NCBI GenBank assembly: GCA_016186625.1
Contig: JACPLG010000008.1
Coordinates: forward strand, 80,689 to 144,688
DNA: 64,000 nucleotides
Origin: Candidatus Levyibacteriota bacterium
GTDB taxonomy: Bacteria > Patescibacteriota > Microgenomatia > Levybacterales > UBA12049
Reading direction: 5' to 3'
The notes under the pieces are model-generated. The model made no database searches and was not told the DNA's origin. It was given only the letters and a program-made list of their open reading frames with translations. The first letter of the stretch is position 1. The number at the start of each line of letters is the position of its first letter. Below are positions 56,398 through 64,000 of this stretch, piece by piece. The translations under genes and the position numbers were made by a program.

Positions 56398-57972
56398 TCA
56401 AGAGCCTATATTTAGTGTGAAGCCAAGAGGCTTAACGCTATTCCACTTCTCTTTGGTTATCTCTTTAAGTGTTGAGTTTTTTATTAAGAGACAGGATGGG
56501 TTTCCATTTATCGAGAGTCTCTCATAGTTTTGTTCAATTTCTAGCAAATATGCTCTATGTTTTTTGTTCTGCCCAAAACAGGCATCAAAGTAAAAATCAG
56601 GCGGCTTGCTTTCAAACATAAGCAATCTATCTTCTTTAAATCTATCAATTAATGGCATATGGGCTGTGTACCACGTATGCTGATATGCGGAGGGCCTATT
56701 TGCAATCCAATAAATTAAGTCATCTCTTTCTTCAACAAATATTGTGTCATTTTCTTTTGATAATAACTTAATAGCACTACCGTACGTAAATTCCTGGGCA
56801 TAATTAGTATTAAATTCCGAAACACGGTCAATCTTTTCCCAAATAAAAAAACTAGGAGAGATAAAAATAAAAATTGCCATAACAAAAAAAGGCATCAAAA
56901 AATTGAATCTGAGCTTTTTATTCCAAGCGTTAAATAATTCAAAAACGATTAGAAAAGTAACAAAGATAAAAAGGCCATACCAAACATTCATATGGTATGC
57001 CTCATAAAACATTTTCCCAGGCACCGTTGGTCTAATATTTGAAATTGCTAGAATTATAAACATAATAATAAATCCAACCCTTTTTAATTTAAAAGAATAA
57101 AAGATACCGGCCGATAGAAAAACGGCACTGAAGAAAATTAAAATTTGCCTTAGTAAATTATTTTCACCTTCAGTAAAAATACGAAGAGGATATGAGAGGG
57201 TATTTAAAATTCCCAGGCCATAAACATTATTTCCCCTCAGCTCTTGTCCGATTATTTCTTTATTATAAAAATAGACATTTAATAAGAAATCCTTAACGGA
57301 AACAGTCAGTATTGATACGAGCGAAAGCGTTACAAAAATTGCCAAGGAATAAGCTTTCTTTTTTAAGTCTTTTCTGCCAACAAGGACCATTAGTAACAAG
57401 ATTATAGAAAGAGGCGCATACGGCTCTCGTATTGCCGCACAAAACCAGCCAAATACTCCAGCTAGTATATAGTCAAGCTTAGATAATTCTCTTTCGTTTA
57501 CTTTCTCCCAAACTATACCCACCAAATACATTAAAGGGTATATTATGAAACTTTCTCCTAAGAAATGGTCGCCAAAAACGTAAAATTTTGTTGCCTCAAA
57601 AAAAATTAATGCCAAAGCAGCTTTAATCCTAAATCTTAAAATGAGTAGAATTCCAAATGCAAAAGAAAATAAAAATAGAAAAATTTTGTGTATAAGAATT
57701 AAAGAATAAATTGTGCTCGGCTGGGAAATTTTTTGAATTAAAAAACTAATAAACGGAAGCAGAAAACTGTGGTTAAAGAAAAAATCTACATAGATTTCCT
57801 TGCCATTTAGTAAGAAATACCCTCCCATGTAGTTAAAACAATCATCAAAACAACCAAAAGCCGCTAAGCGCTGATAATAAAAATAAGTGAAGAAAAGAAA
57901 AACTCCGCAGTATGCTATAAATGCCGTTAGGAGAGTCTTGTTGTCTAAAACAATTTTTTTAAGCCTATCCAC
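56398..57972 (-). CDS. GT-C type membrane glycosyltransferase-like protein
   Basis: DD..Y..G..IYVDFFFNH loop; many TM helices. Confidence 0.7.
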   Translation of the reverse strand: MDRLKKIVLDNKTLLTAFIAYCGVFLFFTYFYYQRLAAFGCFDDCFNYMGGYFLLNGKEIYVDFFFNHSFLLPFISFLIQKISQPSTIYSLILIHKIFLFLFSFAFGILLILRFRIKAALALIFFEATKFYVFGDHFLGESFIIYPLMYLVGIVWEKVNERELSKLDYILAGVFGWFCAAIREPYAPLSIILLLMVLVGRKDLKKKAYSLAIFVTLSLVSILTVSVKDFLLNVYFYNKEIIGQELRGNNVYGLGILNTLSYPLRIFTEGENNLLRQILIFFSAVFLSAGIFYSFKLKRVGFIIMFIILAISNIRPTVPGKMFYEAYHMNVWYGLFIFVTFLIVFELFNAWNKKLRFNFLMPFFVMAIFIFISPSFFIWEKIDRVSEFNTNYAQEFTYGSAIKLLSKENDTIFVEERDDLIYWIANRPSAYQHTWYTAHMPLIDRFKEDRLLMFESKPPDFYFDACFGQNKKHRAYLLEIEQNYERLSINGNPSCLLIKNSTLKEITKEKWNSVKPLGFTLNIGS

Positions 57973-58215
57973 TTATTCATTATAATACTTTTAAGTTTTT
58001 TAAAAACTGATCTATTTTGAGCATTTGTATTCTACTTTTGTTCTATTGATATTCGTAAAAATTTCTCATATATTGGTTAGGTATGCCCTTTACTGCTCAG
58101 AATACATTTTTCGCCTCGTTCTCTTCGATTCCACTCAGGGTAAACAGGGTAAATCTTGTTCGTATACTCAGAAAAATCTTCAAAATGTATATGTTCTGGT
58201 TTTTGGCTTAAAGTA

Positions 58216-58240
58216 GCTTCCCACATGGAAAGTGGGAAGC
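58216..58240. repeat. REP family 1 copy upstream of dinB
   Basis: gcttcccacatggaaagtgggaagc with GTAG foot. Confidence 0.85.
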
Positions 58241-58259
58241 AAGTTCTTATTATTTGTTT

Positions 58260-59528
58260 ATGAAACGAGTGATTCTTCATATTGACTTCGATTCGTATTT
58301 TGCATCTTGCGAACAGCAGTTTGACCCAACGCTGCGAGGCAAACCGATTGGAGTTACCGCAACAAACGGCAGGACTTGTATTATTGCCGCAAGTAGAGAA
58401 GCTAAAAAGCTTGGAATTCCCAGCGTTTCAAGAGTTTGGGAGGCGCGGAAGGTTTGCCCGCAGCTAATTACAGTTGGGGCTCATTTTGAAAAATATTGGG
58501 AAATAACCAAGCTTTTCTTAAATATTTGCAAAGATTACTCCCCTTATGTTGAGCTATTTTCACTGGATGAAGTATTTATTGACATAACTGGGACAGAAAA
58601 TTTGTTCGGCGGAAGATATAAGATTGTTGGGACAATAAAAAGCAGAGTGGAAAAAGAAATTGGTGAATATATTACTGTTTCAGTCGGACTTTCTTACAAC
58701 AGACTTCTTGCCAAACTTGCTTCAGGACTGAATAAACCTAATGGTTTCGTTGAGATTGGCCCAACGGACGTTGAGAAAGTTTATTCAAAAATAAAATTAA
58801 CAGATTTTTGTGGGATTGGGGCTCGTATTGAGCGGCGCTTAAACAAGATTGGTATTTATACTCCTTTACAGCTTCGTGCCGCCTCTTTGGAAGTTTTGAT
58901 TGCCGAATTTAAAGACGTTGAAGGTCATTTTTTGAAAAAATTAGGTTTGGCCCAAGATGATTCGGAAGTTATCCCCTATTATTTAGGAGGAGAAACCAAG
59001 TCTGTAGGTAGAAGTTATTGTCTTCCAAAGAACGAATATGATCAAAGGGTAATTTTACAAAACATATATGAACTTTGCGAAGAAATAGGGATAAAGCTTC
59101 GCCGGCTAAACAAAAAAGCAAAAACCATTGGGCTGTATTTGGGAGGAGGACAAAATCATCACGGTAGAAAAACGGTAACCGATTATATTGACTGGGGTTC
59201 TGATATTTTTGGTTTGTGCAAGGCTTTATATAACGAATGGGAGTTTGAAAAACTATCTCGCGAGGAAGGAATGGTAAGGCAAATCAGTGTTTGGGCCGGA
59301 AATTTAGAAGACGGTTCGAACCTAACCCTATTGCTTTTTGATCAGCCCAAAAGTTCAAAACTCCAAAAAGCAGTAGATCAAATAAATGAAAGATTTGGGG
59401 ATCACACAATTAGAAATGGTTTTGTTCACAACTGCCCAAATCTTAAGACTGTACCCAATGGCTATATGGCAGATAAATTTGAAAGACAAAAATTAGCGAA
59501 GGAGTTCAGAGACTACATACAAAATTAG
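58260..59528 (+). CDS. dinB: DNA polymerase IV (Y family)
   Basis: HIDFDSYFASCE, SLDEVFID, LAKLASGLNKPNG. Confidence 0.92.
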   Translation: MKRVILHIDFDSYFASCEQQFDPTLRGKPIGVTATNGRTCIIAASREAKKLGIPSVSRVWEARKVCPQLITVGAHFEKYWEITKLFLNICKDYSPYVELFSLDEVFIDITGTENLFGGRYKIVGTIKSRVEKEIGEYITVSVGLSYNRLLAKLASGLNKPNGFVEIGPTDVEKVYSKIKLTDFCGIGARIERRLNKIGIYTPLQLRAASLEVLIAEFKDVEGHFLKKLGLAQDDSEVIPYYLGGETKSVGRSYCLPKNEYDQRVILQNIYELCEEIGIKLRRLNKKAKTIGLYLGGGQNHHGRKTVTDYIDWGSDIFGLCKALYNEWEFEKLSREEGMVRQISVWAGNLEDGSNLTLLLFDQPKSSKLQKAVDQINERFGDHTIRNGFVHNCPNLKTVPNGYMADKFERQKLAKEFRDYIQN

Positions 59529-60315
59529 CCTCTTTTATAATTTCTTCAATTTTATTTTTAGGAATATTTATTTGATTTAAAAAATTTGGATTTTCGCAGA
59601 TTTGCTTGATGAGGACTACATCTCTTGAGAGGAGTTCCTGTTTTTGAGTTAGTGATAGATATGAAAGCTGGGTTATAGGATATAATTTGTATTTCTCAAT
59701 GAGCTCTCTTAGGCTTGAGTCTTCCGGATAAGTCCAGCTTATCACATCAATTCCTTCACAAAGTGCGTAGGAGAGGGCATCTGAGGTAATTTTAGTATTT
59801 GTGACAAGAAGCGCTTTTGAAAAGTTGTGCTTTTGCCTGATGTCATCAAATCTTGCTTTCGTATACAAAGAAACATGTATTTGGGATTTAATCCCAGGTC
59901 TGTTATGAAATTTACACTCGACAAATATTTTTTTATCTTTTGATTTTGCAACTATATCTATTTCATGGTTTACACATTTGCCAACAAGAAATGTACCGAT
60001 CTCTGTTTGAAATCCCTGGGCTTTTAAAATCTGGGCAACGTAAACTTCAAAAGGAAAACCAGTGGGACCAAGTTGCATAATTGAGCTTTTAAGGGAATAT
60101 TTAGTTCTGACATAGGGTTCATTGTTTTCCTCCAAAAATTCCTCAATATGACGATAGATCTCATAGGTTGGGATGTTGTCGTAAATGCGTTTTTTTATAT
60201 GCTCTAGGACAAGACTATGCAGCCTTGAAGGAACACCTGCTCTTCTAATTGATGAGAGCAGTTTTTCTTCTGAAAAATCCTCGCTCGTCCCATCCGCTTT
60301 AATTACCTGGAGCAT
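59506..60315 (-). CDS. ATP-cone plus Mrr-like restriction endonuclease domain protein
   Basis: VIKADG..FSEEKL; GFPFE..HEIDIVA..VECKFH. Confidence 0.85.
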   Translation of the reverse strand: MLQVIKADGTSEDFSEEKLLSSIRRAGVPSRLHSLVLEHIKKRIYDNIPTYEIYRHIEEFLEENNEPYVRTKYSLKSSIMQLGPTGFPFEVYVAQILKAQGFQTEIGTFLVGKCVNHEIDIVAKSKDKKIFVECKFHNRPGIKSQIHVSLYTKARFDDIRQKHNFSKALLVTNTKITSDALSYALCEGIDVISWTYPEDSSLRELIEKYKLYPITQLSYLSLTQKQELLSRDVVLIKQICENPNFLNQINIPKNKIEEIIKEANFVCSL

Positions 60316-60329
60316 ATAACTATATTAAT

Positions 60330-61757
60330 CTAACGGTTAATTCTTTTAAATACATAAAAGCCTCCTGACTTAAAAATCGGTATAAAGTCAGGATCAGATT
60401 TAATTTTTTCAAAAGCAGCCTTCTCACCGCTATTCATAGACCTACTTGTCAGAAAAATTGCTTTATCTGCAATATCCAGTCCCCTTGGGATAACATAAAC
60501 ATGGCGTCTTTGAGAAAGCTGAGCCCCAATATTATTTGTGGCTGCAATCTTTTCATCGGGAGTAAGCAATGAAATGTAGCTATAAATTTCCATTTTCTCA
60601 GGAAGCGCTCTTTTGTAGGTTTTAAGGCTTGGATGACGGGAATAAGGAAGAGGTCCATAGTCATAAGCGGAAATGATTGAGAAAATAATAATCATTGCTC
60701 CAAACGCGTTGTATGAAATCTGAGGAATTTTTGATTTTAGAAATTTAATTCCAAATATTGCGGAGATAAAAATAAAAGGAGTGATAGCTGCTGAGTATTG
60801 GTAATAAATCTGGTGAAGCGGATTACTCGCGCTTAAAAGATTAATTACAAGGTCTGGCCCGGCAAAAATTAAAAATAGCGGAGCAAAAAATGAAAGATAT
60901 CCAAGAGGAATAAATAGCTGTTTTATAAATAAAATTCTGTCGGGCATAAGAAGAGTTTTAATCGTTTTTTGCGGTTCAAGAAAAATGTTTGCAGCAATCT
61001 CAAGCGGAGAATCTCCAAAGCTTGAGTAATAAGGAATTGCAAAATGTTGTTTTCCTAAATTCTGAGGCATCAAATGCCAGATTAATAGGTAAAAAATAAA
61101 GAAAGAAGAAAGAGTAATAAATGTTCCAAGCATTTTCTTTTTGTGGGCAAAAAACAAATAGATTCCAACAAGTCCGGTTATAAGCCAAATTTGCTCTTTG
61201 GTAATCGCGGCAAGAATTAGAAAAATAAGCATGGATCTCCAGTTTTTTTTAAACATAAAATAAAAAGCGCACAGAAAAAATGTTGTCGCAAGAGTTACAG
61301 AATGAAAATCAAAAAGGTTTGTAAAGTGGACGGCAGGGCTTAAAAAATAAGAAAGCGCAAAAACCAAAGATATGTTTTTATTTTTCAAAACATGGTTTGA
61401 TATTAAATATACAAATAATCCACCGAATGAGAGAACTATTGTTTGAATTAATAAAAGAGTACGCGGGTCTTCCCAAATTAAGTAAAAAGGAGCAAATAAG
61501 ACAAGTATAAAATCCGAATGGAAGGCAAGCCGGGATACTTCCCGCGTTGCATTTGGATCTGTGAGCATAAAAATATTTCCGTGGGCGCTGTTCCATACGG
61601 TCTGCACCATATTGCCGAGGTCAAACTTGCCGGCGTAGAAGTTCTCGTATCGAAGAAACGTTGCATACGTAAAATAGCTCAAATAGCTAATTGTCAGAAT
61701 AGCTAAAATTATTTCGTGGGCGTATTTTTTTAGATTTTTCGGTAAGACTTTTCCCAT
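60330..61757 (-). CDS. DUF2079 GT-C membrane protein
   Basis: FDLGNMVQTVWN, FHSD, FDFH, KEQ, YQYSA. Confidence 0.85.
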   Translation of the reverse strand: MGKVLPKNLKKYAHEIILAILTISYLSYFTYATFLRYENFYAGKFDLGNMVQTVWNSAHGNIFMLTDPNATREVSRLAFHSDFILVLFAPFYLIWEDPRTLLLIQTIVLSFGGLFVYLISNHVLKNKNISLVFALSYFLSPAVHFTNLFDFHSVTLATTFFLCAFYFMFKKNWRSMLIFLILAAITKEQIWLITGLVGIYLFFAHKKKMLGTFITLSSFFIFYLLIWHLMPQNLGKQHFAIPYYSSFGDSPLEIAANIFLEPQKTIKTLLMPDRILFIKQLFIPLGYLSFFAPLFLIFAGPDLVINLLSASNPLHQIYYQYSAAITPFIFISAIFGIKFLKSKIPQISYNAFGAMIIIFSIISAYDYGPLPYSRHPSLKTYKRALPEKMEIYSYISLLTPDEKIAATNNIGAQLSQRRHVYVIPRGLDIADKAIFLTSRSMNSGEKAAFEKIKSDPDFIPIFKSGGFYVFKRINR

Positions 61758-62698
61758 ATTAACACTGAAAAAAGGAAAATTAACTCGGAAATTACCAAGA
61801 TTATTCTTGAAAAAATTGAGACAGCCCCGGCATCTTGGACACTTAAGATTTGAGATAACCCTAAAGTCACAACAAGTTCCCTTACCCCAAGACCCATCGG
61901 GGTTATAAAACTAAGATACCCTATTAAAAGAGAAAATACAAAAAAAGAACCAAGTATTAAAAAAAGATTAAGTCCAAGTGAAAAAATTGAGATAAAAATA
62001 AAATAATTACCTGTCCCAAAAATAAAATATGTTAAAACCGAAAATAGTATAAGTTTGATTTTCGATTTTCCGCTGAATCCCGGAAGAAGGTAGTTTGATA
62101 CTCGTTTTGTAGCTGAATATTTTTTATTATAGATTATGCCTGTTACTATGAAGAAGATAAAAGTCGCAATAAGTACTAGCGGTAAAAGGGATATTAGTTT
62201 TGTTTGCAATGTCCCCGGGTTAAGAAACCACGGAATCGAAAATATTGAAACAATACCGCAGCCTATTATGACAAGCTGAATATCCGCAATAATTGAAACG
62301 CCGAGAGTTTTTTTATCAATTCCAAGAGCGCTAAATTGCTCCGCACGGCCTAAAAATGACCAGATGTTGCCGGGCGTATACCTTTTTAACTCCGAAAAAG
62401 AAAATCTATATGTGTTTTCTCTAAAATTTATTTTATATCCAAGTTCGGCAAGTTCCAGCTGCCAGAGAAAGCTTCGCATAAGAAAATAAATAAAAAATGC
62501 AAAAATTCCCAGGATTAGATAGAGGAGACTTATATTGCCAAGATTTATGTTAAGCTCGGTACTTTTATCGGCAATAAGTTTGAGAATAAATAAAATTGAA
62601 ACAAATGAGATCGGCCAACCGATTAAAAACTTCCCCCAGGAAATTAGTTGATTTTTGTTTACGCCCACCAAGTTTATTATATATTTTTTATGGAGCAA
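61730..62698 (-). CDS. Flippase-like membrane protein (lysylphosphatidylglycerol synthase TM domain)
   Basis: RYTPGNIW, TPMGLGVRE. Confidence 0.82.
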   Translation of the reverse strand: MLHKKYIINLVGVNKNQLISWGKFLIGWPISFVSILFILKLIADKSTELNINLGNISLLYLILGIFAFFIYFLMRSFLWQLELAELGYKINFRENTYRFSFSELKRYTPGNIWSFLGRAEQFSALGIDKKTLGVSIIADIQLVIIGCGIVSIFSIPWFLNPGTLQTKLISLLPLVLIATFIFFIVTGIIYNKKYSATKRVSNYLLPGFSGKSKIKLILFSVLTYFIFGTGNYFIFISIFSLGLNLFLILGSFFVFSLLIGYLSFITPMGLGVRELVVTLGLSQILSVQDAGAVSIFSRIILVISELIFLFSVLIWEKSYRKI

Positions 62699-62713
62699 TT
62701 GTAGGCCTCCGGC

Positions 62714-63295
62714 CTAGAGAGCCTGTTGTACGGTGGGAGTTGGGGTAAAAGTTGGGGTTGGAGACGACTGGGCCCCACTATATACAAAATTTCTCGTGAG
62801 TGTTTTTTGAGCGTTACCCACAACGCTTTTTACCCTTAGATCAAATTTAATATTTCCGTTTGGAAGATTATAAAGAGCGATTGATCTGTCATCATATGAA
62901 GACCAAGTGCCATTGCTTATTCGATAAGACCAAACAACTGCGCAATAATCTCCGGCAATATAATCTATATCAACCATCACTGGATTATCCGATACGTTTT
63001 CATTTTCATCAGGATTTGAAATTGAAATATCACCGATTCCGCTTTTGCACGCCTCTTTAGTTACAATGATTTCTTTTTCGTTTGGCGCAGCCTGTGTGAT
63101 AACAATAGTTTCATTTTTAGCGTTATCCTTTTCACTGCCCTTACTGCCTGTTAAATTGTTTAGATTTAGAATAATAACGGTTAAAAGAACTGGAATAGTA
63201 AGAAGAGCAGTGAAAAATTCAATGTGCGGTTTTTTGGTATGAAACTCCTTAATTGATCTCTTTAATCTCGTCCAGCTATGCTTAATGCCTTCCAT
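62714..63295 (-). CDS. Membrane-anchored hypothetical protein with Ig-like domain and PT tail
   Basis: TM helix; WSYRISNGTWS; PTPT. Confidence 0.7.
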   Translation of the reverse strand: MEGIKHSWTRLKRSIKEFHTKKPHIEFFTALLTIPVLLTVIILNLNNLTGSKGSEKDNAKNETIVITQAAPNEKEIIVTKEACKSGIGDISISNPDENENVSDNPVMVDIDYIAGDYCAVVWSYRISNGTWSSYDDRSIALYNLPNGNIKFDLRVKSVVGNAQKTLTRNFVYSGAQSSPTPTFTPTPTVQQAL

Positions 63296-63397
63296 GTGAT
63301 AAAAAATGACCCCTCCGAGCCATTATCATTGTATCAGATTGATCCATTTTTGCAAATTTGTTGAGGATTATGAGGCTATCTGATAAAATGAATGCGT

Positions 63398-63435
63398 GCA
63401 CCCGTAGCTCAATGGATAGAGCACATCGCTTCGGA
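63398..63435 (+). pseudogene. 5' half of tRNA-Arg(TCG)
   Basis: GCACCCGTAGCTCAATGGATAGAGCACATCGCTTCGGA ends at the anticodon loop; promoter TTGAGG-17-TAAAAT upstream. Confidence 0.82.
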
Positions 63436-63478
63436 TCACAAATTGATTTCAAAGCACAAATAACTTATAATTTGAGCT

Positions 63479-63916
63479 ATGAAGAGATGTAGTAGGTGTA
63501 AAAAAGAAAAGTCTATTGAAGATTTTAATTTTAAAAATAGAGCTAAGCAGACTCGGCAATATCAGTGCAAAGATTGCAGCCGAATATATATAAGGTCACA
63601 TTATGAAAGAAACAAGAAGTACTATCTTTTAAAAGCAAAGCTCAGAAATGAAGCAAACAGAAAGGAAATCAAAGCATATATATGGAATTTTCTCAATAGT
63701 AATCCATGCGTAGACTGTGGGGAGAAAGATCCGATAGTTTTAGAATTCGATCACTTATCGGACAAGATAGCAGATATCTCCGCAATGTACAGAAATTATA
63801 ATTTGCAAAAAGTTAAAAGTGAAATTGAAAAGTGTCAGGTCAGATGCGCAAATTGTCATAGAAGAAAAACGGCAAATGAGCAGGGATGGAATAAAAATTT
63901 TGCCTCTGTAGCTTAA
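63479..63916 (+). CDS. HNH endonuclease with N-terminal Zn finger
   Basis: CSRC..CKDC; CVDCGE..LEFDH..CANCH; own TTGATT-17-TATAAT promoter; stop inside tRNA. Confidence 0.9.
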   Translation: MKRCSRCKKEKSIEDFNFKNRAKQTRQYQCKDCSRIYIRSHYERNKKYYLLKAKLRNEANRKEIKAYIWNFLNSNPCVDCGEKDPIVLEFDHLSDKIADISAMYRNYNLQKVKSEIEKCQVRCANCHRRKTANEQGWNKNFASVA

Positions 63917-63973
63917 CGGATAAAGCGCTGGTCTTCGGAACCAGTAATGCGGGTTCGATTCCTGCCAGGGGCG
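63902..63973 (+). tRNA. tRNA-Arg(TCG)
   Basis: GCCTCTG/CAGGGGC acceptor; CTGGT-CTTCGGA-ACCAG. Confidence 0.93.
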
Positions 63974-64000
63974 CAACGTATTGCTGCAAGGTAGCACGTT

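Noticed and set aside
63436-63901. Group I intron in tRNA-Arg
   Set aside because: Only ~43 nt precede the HNH ORF, no catalytic core is visible, and the downstream sequence is a whole tRNA rather than the matching 3' exon.
1-64000. Alternative genetic code, rRNA genes or prophage
   Set aside because: Conserved genes are full length under code 11 and several end in TGA; no rRNA-like or phage structural genes were seen.

Overview
A 64 kb AT-rich chromosomal window, standard code 11, most consistent with a Patescibacteria/CPR (Microgenomates-like) bacterium. That placement is inferred from gene content, not from a search: ThrRS lacks its editing domain, trigger factor lacks FKBP, PheT is short, most tRNAs lack encoded CCA, and many genes look leaderless. 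Housekeeping genes include thrS-infC-rpmI-rplT, pheS-pheT, tig, alr, pyrB-carA-carB, a D-Ala-D-Ala carboxypeptidase, nagB, nadD-nadE, dinB and envelope genes, plus 13 intact tRNA genes. Unusual layers read from the sequence: (1) tRNA loci remodelled by small elements, including a complete tRNA-Arg(TCT) nested inside a disrupted tRNA-Arg(TCT), three 5' tRNA fragments each followed by an intact tRNA (one via an HNH gene), and a GIY-YIG element plus two ORF-less relatives that duplicate tRNA 3' ends; (2) a structured ~80-120 nt motif between promoter and tRNA at five loci; (3) two homologous leader-peptide attenuators, one Phe-rich and one Leu/Ile/Val-rich, upstream of orphan genes; (4) an island after tRNA-His with a truncated AlaRS paralog, peptidase S51, oxidoreductase, 2OG-Fe(II) oxygenase, class IV aminotransferase and kinases; (5) two RAYT transposases, each with its own REP family, and other palindromes inserted in frame in pheT and pyrB. 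No rRNA or CRISPR array was seen. Protein calls rest on motif recognition only.
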